A stretch of DNA of 63,681 nt, the filler included. It is 8 parts of 8 records of this genome, joined end to end, with 100 filler letters (N's around TTAATTAATTAA, not from the genome) between each part and the next. Parts side by side here need not be neighbours in the genome. Positions count along the whole stretch, not along the records: positions 1 to 5,257 come from SRR31147125_53605; positions 5,358 to 16,341 come from SRR31147125_53632; 6 more parts are not named here. One strand, written 5' to 3'. Made by a program: the position numbers and the translations under genes. Positions 1-10,469 of the stretch are shown here, in pieces (positions within the stretch are counted from its first letter, which is position 1; each line of letters opens with the position of its first letter). The notes under the pieces are model-generated. The model was not told where the DNA came from and did not search any database. It worked only from the letters and a program-made list of their open reading frames with translations.

Positions 1-66
1 GGGGTACTCAACTGATCAACAGAGAGAAAATTTCATTTGCCAGTTATTGTATACCGGGTATACAAT

Positions 67-530
67 ATGCCCATGACATGGATGCGGGAACACCGGCCCC
101 TGGTCGGACTGATAATCAAATCATTCAACCGCTATGCGGGACTCTACTCGAAATCCTTCAACTTCGGCAGTGATACGCCCGTCAGTCTGGCTGAGATCCA
201 GACGATGGAGACGATTCTGGAGGAGGAGGGGATCAGCATGGCAGGACTCTCCCGGAAGCTGGGAGTGACCCGGGGAGCGGTGACCAAGGGGATCCGGAAA
301 CTGGAGAGGAAAGGGCTGATCGCCCGGTATCAGGTGCCGGAGAACAGAAAGATGTTCTTTCTCCAGGTGACCCCCGAAGGCCGGGAGGTCTATTCCCGGT
401 ATGTGGAGTTCGTGACGGAGCACCTTTTCGGCGATATTTTCCGCATGCTGGATGAATCCGGACCGGAGGGAGCGCCTTTATAGAGGGATTTTTCCGGAGG
501 GTGAACGGATTCTACGATGTTATGGAGTAA
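67..530 (+). CDS. MarR-family transcriptional regulator (frameshift near 470)
   Basis: Winged-HTH pattern SMAGLSRKLGVTRGAVTKGIRKLERKGLI. The ORF stops at 483, but another frame continues AFIEGFFRRVNGFYDVME to TAA at 530, just before the next RBS. Confidence 0.75.
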
Positions 531-541
531 GGAGATAAGGT

Positions 542-1483
542 ATGAGAAAGGATTTTACATTCACTTCGGATGACGGTCTGACCGTACAGTGCTATTCCTG
601 GAACGGGGAGTCCGGCGGCGGTCAGAAGGGGATCGTTCAGATTGTTCACGGCTCACTGGAGCATGCTCTCCGTTATGAGGATTTTGCCCGGGAACTGGCC
701 CGGCAGGGCTATGCGGTATACGCCTGCGATCTCAGGGGACACGGCCGGACGGCCGTCTCAGAGGCGGATCTGAACTACTTCTCCGACCAGCCCCGGGGGT
801 GGAACCGGGCTCTGGCGGATCTGTTTGTCCTGACCGATCTGATCCGGAAGGATCATCCCGAAAAGCCCCTGTTTCTGGCGGGACACAGCATGGGGAGTTT
901 CCTGGTCCGCCATTACGCTTCCGAACAGGGGAACCGGCTGGACGGAATCCTTCTCTCCGGAACCGGAGGAGGACGTCCTGTCCTGGTGAATACCGCCCGG
1001 GCCCTCTCCCGGACCCTGATGGTTCTGCAGGGGCGGAAAAAGAAGAGTCCCTTCCTCCACAACCTGGTATACGGAACCCTCAACAGCGCCATCGAAAACG
1101 CCGAAACGGATTACGACTTTCTGAGCCGGGATCCCGCCACCGTAAAGGGGTATATGGACGATCCCCTGTCGGGACGGACTGCCACCACCGAATACATCTA
1201 CGAAATGACCGGTGGAATCCTCAAGGTGATGCACCGCGATGCCTATGCCGCCACGCCCGAAGGGCTGCCGGTCCTGCTCTTTTCGGGGGAGAAGGATCCG
1301 GTCGCCGGTCCGAAGGGCGATGCGGCGGAGCTGAAGGATGTGTACGGCGGGTATAAAAAAGCGGGGCTGAAGGATGTGACCCTGAAGATCTATCCCGAAG
1401 GACGGCACGAGATGCTGAACGAGATCAACCGGCAGGAAGTGTACGGTGATGTTCTGGCCTGGCTGGATGATCGGGCGGGATGA
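542..1483 (+). CDS. Alpha/beta hydrolase, lysophospholipase/monoglyceride lipase-like
   Basis: HGSLEH, DLRGHG, GHSMG nucleophile motif, C-terminal RHEMLNE. Confidence 0.9.
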   Translation: MRKDFTFTSDDGLTVQCYSWNGESGGGQKGIVQIVHGSLEHALRYEDFARELARQGYAVYACDLRGHGRTAVSEADLNYFSDQPRGWNRALADLFVLTDLIRKDHPEKPLFLAGHSMGSFLVRHYASEQGNRLDGILLSGTGGGRPVLVNTARALSRTLMVLQGRKKKSPFLHNLVYGTLNSAIENAETDYDFLSRDPATVKGYMDDPLSGRTATTEYIYEMTGGILKVMHRDAYAATPEGLPVLLFSGEKDPVAGPKGDAAELKDVYGGYKKAGLKDVTLKIYPEGRHEMLNEINRQEVYGDVLAWLDDRAG

Positions 1484-1615
1484 CGGGAAATATGAGTGAT
1501 TTGATTTGACTTTACCGCCCCGGTCCTGTTTTAATTGTATTTTGTAGCACCCTTGCGGGTCCGGGATTTTCCGGGACCTGCCGGGGGAGTACCATTTGCA
1601 GTTTAAGGAGAGTCA

Positions 1616-2863
1616 ATGGTCAAACAGAACAGTATTCTGCTGTGCCTGCTTGTATTTATCATCCTTGCCTTTATTGTGACGGGAATAGCTGTCGACGGCG
1701 CCGGAGCCGTTCTGAAGGGATTTGTCTCCCTCCAGCTGAGACCCGCCAGACTGATCAACGATTTTGTCGATGTCAGCGGTACCGGAGCCGCCCTGTTCAA
1801 TTCCGCCATGGTGGGAATCGTCGCTCTGGGCCTGATCCTGCTGACAAGGGTTCAGCTGTCCGGACCGACCTTTGCGGCGGTCTTCACCATTATGGGATTC
1901 GGTCTCTTCGGGAAAACGGTCCTGAACATCCTGCCCATCCTCTTCGGAGTTTTCCTTTCGGCGAAGTTCATGAGAAAAACATTCCGGGAGTACCTGATCA
2001 TCGCCCTGTTCGGCACAGCCCTGGGACCCCTGGTCAGCCTTTTCGCCTTCGAACTGGGGCTGTCCGTCCCCCTTGCCGCGGGGCTTTCGGTTCTGGCGGG
2101 AACGGCAACAGGATTCTTCCTTCCCGCCATCGCCGTATCCATGCTGCACCTTCACCAGGGATACAACCTCTACAACATGGGGCTTTCCTGCGGTTTCTTC
2201 GGACTCTTCGCCGCCGCGCTGATCAAGGCGGCGGGGCACGGTCTGGAGGGAGCCCTTTTCTGGTTCACCGGGGATTCGGCGGTGCTGACACTCCTGGTGC
2301 CGGTCCTCTCTTTCATCCTGATCGCTGCCGGTCTGGTAACGGGGAAAAAGCAGAGCCTGAAAGACCTGATGGCCATTCAGAAGCATCCCGGCCGTCTGCC
2401 CTCGGACTTCATGGACATGGAATCCATGGCGGGGACCCTGATCAACTGCGGCCTGATCGGGTTGGTCGGTTCCGCCTATATCCTGGTGATCGGGGCGGAT
2501 TTCAACGGTCCCGTTATCGGTGGGCTTCTGACCATCATGGGATTCGGCGCCTTCGGAACCCATCTGAAAAACGCCTGGCCCGTGATTCTGGGGGTCATCG
2601 TCAGCACCCTCCTTTTCGGATGGTCCCTGAACTCTCCCGGACCGGTTCTGGCTGCCATCTTCTGTACGACCCTGGCGCCCCTGGCGGGACAGTTCGGCAT
2701 CCTGACGGGATTCCTGGCGGGATTCATCCACCTGGTTATGGTGATGCAGACAGGTTCCTGGCACGGTGCCATGAATCTTTACAACAATGGATTTGCCGGC
2801 GGACTCACCGCCGCCCTTATCGTATCGGTGATTCAGTGGTACCGTTCCAACAGAATGGAATAG
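1616..2863 (+). CDS. DUF1576-like multi-pass membrane protein
   Basis: Hydrophobic protein with two internal repeats (GYNLYNMG / AMNLYNNG; TIMGFG twice); RBS AAGGAG upstream. Confidence 0.7.
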   Translation: MVKQNSILLCLLVFIILAFIVTGIAVDGAGAVLKGFVSLQLRPARLINDFVDVSGTGAALFNSAMVGIVALGLILLTRVQLSGPTFAAVFTIMGFGLFGKTVLNILPILFGVFLSAKFMRKTFREYLIIALFGTALGPLVSLFAFELGLSVPLAAGLSVLAGTATGFFLPAIAVSMLHLHQGYNLYNMGLSCGFFGLFAAALIKAAGHGLEGALFWFTGDSAVLTLLVPVLSFILIAAGLVTGKKQSLKDLMAIQKHPGRLPSDFMDMESMAGTLINCGLIGLVGSAYILVIGADFNGPVIGGLLTIMGFGAFGTHLKNAWPVILGVIVSTLLFGWSLNSPGPVLAAIFCTTLAPLAGQFGILTGFLAGFIHLVMVMQTGSWHGAMNLYNNGFAGGLTAALIVSVIQWYRSNRME

Positions 2864-2894
2864 GCCGGATAATGAGGATCAGGAGCAGAGCAGT

Positions 2895-3271
2895 ATGAGA
2901 CGGAAAGATTTTATTCTTCACCTGATTGGTGAAATCTCCAGTTATATATTGGAGGGGACTCGCGGCGGATGGTGATCTCCCTCCATCAGGAAGAGGACGG
3001 GATGCACCTGTGTATCCTGGACGACAACGCCCATACGGATGAGGAGATCGGGAAGATCGAGAAATCCCTGAACAGCCGGAAACGGCCGGAGCTGGCGGGA
3101 TACTACGGAGCCATGACGGGCCACGACCTGCTGGGCGATTCCCGCCTGGATCTGCTGGGCTGGCAGGTGAAACACGCGGATGTGACCCGGACGGACAGCG
3201 GGATCAAAATCGATCTCTGGCTGGGCGGCGAGCGCTTCGAAAGCGACCGGTTCACGATTCCCAAAAAGTGA
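2895..3271 (+). CDS. Small hypothetical protein (frameshift near 2955)
   Basis: RBS AGGAG and ATG at 2895 (MRRKDFILHLIGEISSYILE) is one base out of frame with ORF 2969-3271; a G run lies at the junction. Confidence 0.55.
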
Positions 3272-3383
3272 TTCTCCCGCGGGGTGCCGTATTGGCATCC
3301 CCATGGGAATATGGTACCTTGACCTCACAATTTCCCTCCCGGCTGAGAGTTATATTTCTCCGGCGGAGGGACGAGGTTAACAG

Positions 3384-4339
3384 ATGATAGTCAGCAATAC
3401 GCAGGAAAATATAAAACAGGCCGCTTCCATAATACGGGAAGGCGGTCTGGTGGCGTTTCCCACCGAGACGGTATACGGACTGGGCGGCAATGCCCTGGAT
3501 GCCCGGTCGGTGGCGAAAATCTTCGAAGCCAAACAGAGGCCGAGTTTCGATCCCCTGATCACCCATATCGCGGATATGGAAACCCTGGAGCGGGTCGCCC
3601 ATATCCGGGACAGGCGGATCTACGATATCGTGGAGAAGCTCTGGCCCGGTTCCCTGACCATTATCGTCCCCAAAAAAGAGATCATCCCCGACCTGATCAC
3701 CTCCGGTCTGGAGACCATGGCCGTGCGGATGCCCGACCATCCCACCGCCCTGGAGCTGATCCGGGAATCCACCGGAGCGGTGGCGGCGCCCAGCGCCAAT
3801 CCCTTCGGCTACCTGAGTCCCACCACCGCCGCCCATGTGGAGGCCCATCTGGGGAACCGGGTGGATATGATCATCGACGGCGGCACCTGCCGGGTGGGGG
3901 TGGAATCCACCGTTCTGGATCTGACGAAGAAGACCCCCCTGGTCCTGCGGCCCGGCGGCCTCTCCCTGGAGCGGCTCAAAGAGGTGGTCGGAGAGGTGGA
4001 CGTGTTCAACCGCACCACCGTGTCCCCCACCGCCCCGGGGCAGCTGGAGATGCACTACTCCCCCGGAAACCCCTGCATATTGTGGACCGCATCGGGCAGG
4101 TGGCAGACCGGGCCCGGGCCGGCGCCCTGCTCTTCCGGGACGGCCCCTCGGTGGAGGGTTTCGCCGCCGCGGAAACCCTCTCTCCGGACGGAGACACCGT
4201 GGAAGCCGCGGCCCGGCTTTTTGTCGCCCTCCACACCCTGGACCGGGCGGACATTGACGTGATCTACGCCGAGCGGGTTCCCGAAACAGGGGTCGGCGCC
4301 GCGGTGATGGACCGGATCTTCAAAGCCTCCGCCAAATAA
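3384..4339 (+). CDS. tsaC: L-threonylcarbamoyladenylate synthase, Sua5 type (frameshift near 4068)
   Basis: VAFPTETVYGLG, AKQRPSFDPLI, APSAN, GVESTV, APGQLEMHYSP. The SUA5 C-terminal domain (AAARLFVALHTLD...AVMDRIFKA) is in ORF 4082-4339. Confidence 0.9.
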
Positions 4340-4550
4340 CGAAGGAGCCCGCCGGGATTCTGCAGTAATACGATCTCATTTTCCTGATCAGCGCAACTTC
4401 TGTCCTATACGGGTGGAAATAAACCGACAGAACCATATACTTAAGGAAAACAATCAGCTTCCGGAATGGATCGACAGGAACCGCGCGGGTATCCGTCTGT
4501 TTTCCCATTTCATTTTCCGGTTGAGAGAATAATTCTGTAAGGAGATTAAT

Positions 4551-5033
4551 ATGAAAATCAGCGGGAAATGTGTTGTATCTATGGATTATAAATTGACCGA
4601 TAACGGGGGCGAGCTGCTCGATGCTTCTCCGGAGGGGCAGCCTCTTATGTATATTCACGGGACCAACTCCCTGATCCCCGGTCTGGAAAAAGAGCTGGAG
4701 GGGAAGTCCGCGGGAGACCAGCTGCAGGTGACCGTCAGTCCTGAGGATGCCTACGGACCTGTCACTCCCCAGCTGATTCAGACCCTCCCTCTGAGCACCT
4801 TTCAGGGCGTGGAGAAGGTGGAAGAGGGGATGGAATTCGAGGCCACCGGAGAGAACGGCCACATCATGATCGTCCGGGTGGAAAAGGTCCAGGGAGACGA
4901 GGTGACCATCAACGGGAACCATCCTCTGGCGGGAATGACTCTGAACTTTGATGTGAAAGTCGTGGATGTCCGGGAAGCGACGGAGGATGAACTGGACCAC
5001 GGTCACGTTCATACCGGGGACCAGGATCACTGA
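4551..5033 (+). CDS. slyD: FKBP-type peptidyl-prolyl cis-trans isomerase SlyD
   Basis: LIPGLEKELEG, PEDAYG, NGNHPLAGMTLNFDV, His-containing tail. Confidence 0.92.
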   Translation: MKISGKCVVSMDYKLTDNGGELLDASPEGQPLMYIHGTNSLIPGLEKELEGKSAGDQLQVTVSPEDAYGPVTPQLIQTLPLSTFQGVEKVEEGMEFEATGENGHIMIVRVEKVQGDEVTINGNHPLAGMTLNFDVKVVDVREATEDELDHGHVHTGDQDH

Positions 5034-5060
5034 GTTTCGGTAGATAAACAGAGATGAAAA

Positions 5061-5094
5061 AAGACCTGCGGGAAACCGCAGGTCTTATTTATTT
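5061..5094. terminator. Bidirectional intrinsic terminator
   Basis: AAGACCTGCGG-GAAA-CCGCAGGTCTT stem with an A run on the left and T-rich tract on the right, between convergent genes. Confidence 0.8.
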
Positions 5095-5117
5095 ACAGAA
5101 AATATCTGTCAGAGAGA

Positions 5118-5257
5118 TCAGCCTTTCATTCTGGCTTTGTAAGCGGCGATCTGGTCTTTCATTCTCTTGGGCAGCTTGTCGCCCACGGAGTTCATGTAGT
5201 TGTCCAGGTCGTCGAACTCGGCTGCAAACTCATCCGCATTGACTGCGAGCAGAGTTC
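5118..5257 (-). CDS. C-terminal fragment, probably GTP-dependent PEP carboxykinase
   Basis: Hand translation TLLAVNADEFAAEFDDLDNYMNSVGDKLPKRMKDQIAAYKARMKG* resembles the PEPCK(GTP) C-terminus; truncated by the contig end. Confidence 0.5.
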
Positions 5258-5357
5258 NNNNNNNNNNNNNNNNNNNNNNNNNNNNNNNNNNNNNNNNNNN
5301 NTTAATTAATTAANNNNNNNNNNNNNNNNNNNNNNNNNNNNNNNNNNNNNNNNNNNN
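5258..5357. other. Artificial contig spacer
   Basis: N44-TTAATTAATTAA-N44. Confidence 0.98.
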
Positions 5358-5378
5358 CCCCCGGGAAACGGAGAATCG

Positions 5379-6113
5379 GTGACAGCCCCATCGATAGCCA
5401 TATCCGGGCTGAGCGTCGATTTTGCCGGCGGTGAGCGGCTGTTCGACGATCTCGCCCTGACTATCGACGCAGGGGTGACAACCTGCATCCTCGGTCCGAG
5501 CGGCTGCGGTAAATCGACGCTGCTCAAGTTGGTGTCCGGTTCCACAGAATACCGGAGTTCCGGCTCGATCACCTTCGAGCCGGCGGACTCCCATGCGGTT
5601 GCCTGGATGGGGCAGGACGATTTTCTCCTGCCCTGGCTGAGCCTGGTGGATAACGTCATGCTCGGCGCTCGTCTGCGCGGCGAGGTTGACAATTCGGTTC
5701 GCGATAAAGCCGCCGACCTGATCGCCAGGGCCGGTCTGGCCGGGTACGAGAAAGCGCTGCCTTCTGCTCTGTCCGGCGGAATGCGGCAGCGCGGTGCACT
5801 GCTGCGCACCCTGATGGAAGATCGGCCGGTGCTGCTGATGGACGAGCCGTTTTCCGCGCTGGACGCATTGACCAGAATTAAACTGCAGAATATCTCTGCG
5901 GGGATGACCCGCGGAAAGACGACCCTGCTCGTCACTCACGATACGATGGAGGCGCTGCGGCTGGGTCACCGCATCGTCATCCTCGGCTCCGAGCCGGCAC
6001 GTGTGGTCAGTAGGCTCGATTTTTCATCCCCTCCTCCCCGCGAGCCGGACAACCCGGAAGTAGTTCAACACTACGGACCACTGCTTAAACAGCTGCTCCG
6101 GGAGGAATGGTAA
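5379..6113 (+). CDS. ABC transporter ATP-binding protein (NitT/TauT, ThiZ-like)
   Basis: Walker A GPSGCGKST, LSGGM signature, LLMDEPF. Confidence 0.9.
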   Translation: MTAPSIAISGLSVDFAGGERLFDDLALTIDAGVTTCILGPSGCGKSTLLKLVSGSTEYRSSGSITFEPADSHAVAWMGQDDFLLPWLSLVDNVMLGARLRGEVDNSVRDKAADLIARAGLAGYEKALPSALSGGMRQRGALLRTLMEDRPVLLMDEPFSALDALTRIKLQNISAGMTRGKTTLLVTHDTMEALRLGHRIVILGSEPARVVSRLDFSSPPPREPDNPEVVQHYGPLLKQLLREEW

Positions 6114-6865
6114 TGAGTATCGTTCGGCTGCTGGTACTCGGTGCCGGTCTCCTCGCCGGGTGGCAATGGCTGGTCTGGCTCAGCGACGTACCACCCTACA
6201 TACTGCCGGGTCCCGGACCGGTGGCCGCAGCCATTGTCGAACACGGGCAGGTGCTGATAGGGCACCTCTGCATAACCTTCATGGAGATCGTCACCGGTCT
6301 GCTCCTCGGCTGCCTGCTCGGTACGTCGTGTGCGTTGACGATGATCGTGTCTCCCCTGCTGAAACGGTGGCTGCAGCCCGTCCTGGTTATCTCCCAGGCG
6401 ATTCCCGTGTTCGCGCTGGCGCCGATACTCGTGCTGTGGCTGGGCTACGGGATGGCATCAAAGGTCGCGATGGCCGTTCTGATTATTTTTTTCCCGGTTG
6501 CCGCATCATTTTACCAGGGCATGCGGCGGACCAACCCGGATCTCCTCGAACTGGCCCGGATCATGGGAGCCGGACGTATCGCAACCCTGCGGCATATCAT
6601 CATCCCGTCAGCCCTGCCCGCATTTGCATCCGGCCTGCGGGTGGCGACCGCCGTCGCGCCGATCGGTGCGGTAGTCGGGGAATGGGTCGGGTCCAGCGGG
6701 GGACTCGGTTTTTACATGCTGCACGCCAACGCCCGCATGCAGATTGATGTGATGTTCGCGGCCCTTGCACTGCTGGCACTAACTTCGCTGACTCTCTATT
6801 TCAGCGTCGATTATCTTCTGGACAGAATCATTTATTGGGAATCAACTCAAGGACTTGGAAAATGA
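6113..6865 (+). CDS. ABC transporter permease (ThiX/SsuC-like)
   Basis: Hydrophobic; GAVVGEW motif; TAATG coupling to the upstream ATPase. Confidence 0.88.
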   Translation: MSIVRLLVLGAGLLAGWQWLVWLSDVPPYILPGPGPVAAAIVEHGQVLIGHLCITFMEIVTGLLLGCLLGTSCALTMIVSPLLKRWLQPVLVISQAIPVFALAPILVLWLGYGMASKVAMAVLIIFFPVAASFYQGMRRTNPDLLELARIMGAGRIATLRHIIIPSALPAFASGLRVATAVAPIGAVVGEWVGSSGGLGFYMLHANARMQIDVMFAALALLALTSLTLYFSVDYLLDRIIYWESTQGLGK

Positions 6866-7821
6866 AAAAAACCACTCGCCTCATTCAGTCACTCATGCTC
6901 TGCCTTACCCTGATCACAACCAGTATCTCCGCACAGGCGGGGGAAAAATTTACCGTGCTGCTCGACTGGTTCGTGAACCCCGATCACGCACCGCTGTTCG
7001 TTGCCCTTGAAAAGGGATTTTTCAAAGATCGGGGGCTCGATGTCGAACTCATCGCCCCGTCAAACCCGAACGACCCGCCCAAACTGGTGGCTGCCGGCAA
7101 GGCCGATCTCGCGGTATCCTACCAGCACCAGCATCACATGCAGGTGGGCGAGGGGCTGCCGCTGGTACGGGTGGCGACCCTCGTCGCGACGCCGCTGAAC
7201 AGCCTCGTGGTCCTGGCCGACAGTGACATACAGAGCATCGCAGATCTCAAAGGGAAGACCATCGGCTACTCGGTCGGTGGTTTCGAAACCATTCTGCTCA
7301 AGGTCATGCTGGAAAAAGAGGGGCTCACGCTCGACGACGTAACGCTCATCAACGTTAACTTCTCACTGTCGCCATCGCTGTTCACCGGCAAGGCGGATGG
7401 GGTTGTCGGCGCTTTCAGGAATTTCGAGTTGAACCAGATGGATATCGAGAAACGGCCGGGTCGAGCCTTTTTTGTTGAGGAATTCGGCATCCCCGCGTAC
7501 GACGAGTTGATCCTGGTGGCCAACCGGGCAAATCTTGACGACAAGAACCTGCGCACGTTCATCGACGGCCTCGAAGCCGGCGTGCAATTCCTCGTGAACC
7601 ACCCGGAAGAAAGCTGGGAATTGTTCGTCTCAGGCGAACGCAAAAGCCTGGACGACGAGCTGAACCGCAGGGCGTGGAAGGACACCCTTCCCCGTTTCGC
7701 ACTCAGGCCGGGAGCCCTTGACAACAATCGCTATCTGCGCTTTGCCGAGTTCCTGAAAGGACAGGAAATCATCACGGAGATTCCGCCGCTTAAAGCCTGG
7801 GCCGTAGAGTTGGGGTACTGA
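6862..7821 (+). CDS. NMT1/THI5 (ThiY-like) substrate-binding protein, putative hydroxymethylpyrimidine uptake
   Basis: Signal peptide; LLDWFVNPDHAP, AVSYQ, GAFRNFE, YDEL motifs. Confidence 0.85.
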   Translation: MKKTTRLIQSLMLCLTLITTSISAQAGEKFTVLLDWFVNPDHAPLFVALEKGFFKDRGLDVELIAPSNPNDPPKLVAAGKADLAVSYQHQHHMQVGEGLPLVRVATLVATPLNSLVVLADSDIQSIADLKGKTIGYSVGGFETILLKVMLEKEGLTLDDVTLINVNFSLSPSLFTGKADGVVGAFRNFELNQMDIEKRPGRAFFVEEFGIPAYDELILVANRANLDDKNLRTFIDGLEAGVQFLVNHPEESWELFVSGERKSLDDELNRRAWKDTLPRFALRPGALDNNRYLRFAEFLKGQEIITEIPPLKAWAVELGY

Positions 7822-7855
7822 TCTCACCCAGTAGAAGTGCGTCCCCCACATATGA

Positions 7856-7891
7856 GAGAGGCCGGACCCGTTATACCGGATCCGGCCTCTC
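7856..7891. terminator. Hairpin between convergent genes
   Basis: GAGAGGCCGGA...TCCGGCCTCTC inverted repeat. Confidence 0.55.
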
Positions 7892-7922
7892 CTGTGCTCT
7901 GCATGTATATCGGGTTTCCCGA

Positions 7923-8882
7923 CTACGCGACCCGGTCCCCCGGTTCTCTGCCTGCGAAAATCGCGTCCAGGTTGTCGAGGGCCCGAAATCCCATCGCGTC
8001 CCGCGTCTCCGCAGTAGCACTGCCGATATGCGGCATCAGGAACACGTTGTCCAGTTCCCGATAGGCCGGGTTGATATCCGGTTCGTTGTTGAACACGTCG
8101 AGCCCGGCAGCGTAGAGTTTGCCGGAGCGCAGCGCGTCGATCAGCGCGTCGTCATCGATCACGCTGCCCCGGCTCGCATTGACGACAATCGCACCATCGG
8201 GCAATAGCGCGATTCGTTCACGGTTCAGGAGTTTTTCCGTCTGCGGCGACGCAACACAATGCAGCGCCAGAACATCGCAGGTGGGTAACAGCCCCTCCAC
8301 CGAATCGTGGTACACGGCCCCCTGCTCCAGATCCGGGTCGACCCGGCTGCGGTTGTGATACTCGATCGTCATGTCGAAGCCCCGTGCACGCCGCGCCACC
8401 ACCTGACCGACCCGCCCGAATCCGATGATGCCAAGCCGCTTGCCGGTCACCTGTCGACCCACCATGAAGCTCGGGCTCCAGTCCTTCCACTGGCGGGTGC
8501 GGACCAAACGCTCCCCCTCGCTTGCCCGCCGCGCCGCGCCGAGCATCAGCATGATGGTCAACTCCGCCGTTGCATCCGACAGAACATCGGGCGTGTTGGT
8601 GACAATCAATCCCCTTTTTCTCGCCGCCTCGCAGTCTACATGATCGTAGCCTACCGAGAAGTTGGCAATCGCTTTCACATTGTCCGGCAGTTGCTCAATC
8701 ACCTCTGCGCTGAACTTCTCCGTGTGGCAGGGCAGAATGGCATCGACCTTCGCGGCGGTCTCGATGATTTCTGCGCTTGAATAGAGTCGGTCGGTGGGGT
8801 TCAGAATCGGCTCGTAATCTCGCAGCAGGCGATCCTCGACTGCATCGGGAAGTTTTCGAGTGACTAGGATAACCGGTTTCAT
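7923..8882 (-). CDS. D-2-hydroxyacid dehydrogenase (glyoxylate/hydroxypyruvate reductase-like)
   Basis: VTNTPDVL, GIIGFGRVG, VNASRG, GLDVFNNEP, PHIGSAT. Confidence 0.92.
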   Translation of the reverse strand: MKPVILVTRKLPDAVEDRLLRDYEPILNPTDRLYSSAEIIETAAKVDAILPCHTEKFSAEVIEQLPDNVKAIANFSVGYDHVDCEAARKRGLIVTNTPDVLSDATAELTIMLMLGAARRASEGERLVRTRQWKDWSPSFMVGRQVTGKRLGIIGFGRVGQVVARRARGFDMTIEYHNRSRVDPDLEQGAVYHDSVEGLLPTCDVLALHCVASPQTEKLLNRERIALLPDGAIVVNASRGSVIDDDALIDALRSGKLYAAGLDVFNNEPDINPAYRELDNVFLMPHIGSATAETRDAMGFRALDNLDAIFAGREPGDRVA

Positions 8883-9109
8883 GGCTAGATATGATCCTCC
8901 CCTTGCGTAAGCGATGTATAATAATCATAGACAAGGGCTGCAAGGTTAGCGAGAATGATGATCCATAGAATCGGAGACTTCAATTTAATGGCATAAAAAA
9001 GGAAATAGACCAGTGCCATCAAAACGGCTATTCCTCCAGCGATAATGTTACTCATAATCTCTGTATCTCCTTAACCTGATATGTTTATGTCTCAGTCACC
9101 GCAGAGGTT

Positions 9110-10438
9110 TCAAAGACCTGCCATCGCATTCACCAGCCAGCGCGCGGTGCGAAGAAGCCTCGCATCATCGCCGCGCGGGCCGACCAGTTGGACTCCGACC
9201 GGCATTCCCTGCGCTCCCTGAAGCAGTGGCAGGGTTATAGCCGGCATGCCAAAATAAGTCCAGATTGTACAGAATGTCGGGTTTCCGGTGGAATCGAGGC
9301 CCGCAGGCGCTTCCCCGGTGGTCGCCGGGGTAATTATTGCGTCATGTTCTGCGAAAATTTCATCGAAAAGACGATAATATTCCATCCTTCGGATGACGCT
9401 GTTATTATAGTCAACGGCTGTCACCGTCTGTCCCCGCTCAATCATCTCCTTCAATATATCACTGAGCTGTTCTTTACCGTCAGCGTACTCCCGCTCGAAA
9501 CTCCGTGCCAGATCCGCTTCCATCACCATTTTGTGGGACTCGTGGACATCATCGATCAGTTCATGCAGGTCGCACGCTTCGGCACGTTCCCCGAGAGCCG
9601 ACACCAGCTCACTGAAAGCTGACTTCGTATCTTCTTCAGCCTGATCCCACACAGGGGTTTTCACAAAAGCCAGAAACGGATCGAGCGGCGGCGGTTGGGC
9701 CTGTGTTGCATACAACTCAGGTTTTGCCTGCAGCTTCGTATCGGGGTCCCTGCTGTCGTAACCGATAATCGACTCGGCAACCAGGGCCACATCTTCTATG
9801 CTCCGCCCGAATACACCGACCTGGTCAAGCTGACGGGACTGCTGCAGCACCCGATGCCTGGAGACAAGCCCGAATGTCGGTTTATAGCCGTACACGCCGC
9901 AAAAAGAGGCAGGACGGATCATCGAACCATTGGTCTGGGTGCCCAGTGCCAACGGTATCATGCCCGCAGCCACTGCAGCGGCGGATCCACTCGACGAACC
10001 GCCGGGGGTCCGCGTGACATCATGCGGGTTCCTGGTTTTTCCCGGAGAGAAAACCGCCAGTTCGGTTGTCACCGTTTTACCGATGATTACGGCACCGGCT
10101 TCGCGCAGTTTAGAAACAACCGTGGCGTCTTCCTGCGGTCGCCTGCCTTTATGGAGAACCGTGCCGTCCTCCGTAGGCATGTCTTTTGTGTCGATAATGT
10201 CCTTGATACCGACCGGTATGCCATGCAGCGGACCAAGCGGCAGGCCCACCTGTATGGCGGAATCTGCTGCACGCGCCTGCTGCATGACAAGGTCCTGGTC
10301 AATAAACGCCCAGGCCCCGACCTGGTCTTCCAGACGATCGATCTGTGCGAGACAGGCCGTAACCAGCTCCTCCGAACTGATTAATCCATCTCGTATTTTT
10401 CGAGCCGCCTCGGCAGCTCCCATTAATTCCAATTCCAT
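9110..10438 (-). CDS. Amidase-signature family enzyme
   Basis: GIKDII, TPGGSSSGSAAAVA, GTQTNGSMIRPASFCG. Confidence 0.9.
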   Translation of the reverse strand: MELELMGAAEAARKIRDGLISSEELVTACLAQIDRLEDQVGAWAFIDQDLVMQQARAADSAIQVGLPLGPLHGIPVGIKDIIDTKDMPTEDGTVLHKGRRPQEDATVVSKLREAGAVIIGKTVTTELAVFSPGKTRNPHDVTRTPGGSSSGSAAAVAAGMIPLALGTQTNGSMIRPASFCGVYGYKPTFGLVSRHRVLQQSRQLDQVGVFGRSIEDVALVAESIIGYDSRDPDTKLQAKPELYATQAQPPPLDPFLAFVKTPVWDQAEEDTKSAFSELVSALGERAEACDLHELIDDVHESHKMVMEADLARSFEREYADGKEQLSDILKEMIERGQTVTAVDYNNSVIRRMEYYRLFDEIFAEHDAIITPATTGEAPAGLDSTGNPTFCTIWTYFGMPAITLPLLQGAQGMPVGVQLVGPRGDDARLLRTARWLVNAMAGL

Positions 10439-10469
10439 TAATCCCCTCTTTTCCTGCTGATCCTCTTTG

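Noticed and set aside
1613-2898. Long antisense or alternate-frame ORFs (e.g. 1613-2764, 1642-2898, 36315-37436, 40160-41326)
   Set aside because: Shadow ORFs of GC-rich genes with no recognisable motifs.
4060-4085. Programmed frameshift or pseudogenisation of tsaC/sua5 (also pepT, uvrC)
   Set aside because: Single-base losses at homopolymers recur in unrelated contigs and affect normally essential or conserved genes; sequencing error is more parsimonious.
5358-5378. TPP riboswitch ahead of the ThiY-like ABC operon
   Set aside because: The contig starts about 20 nt before the start codon, so no leader is visible.
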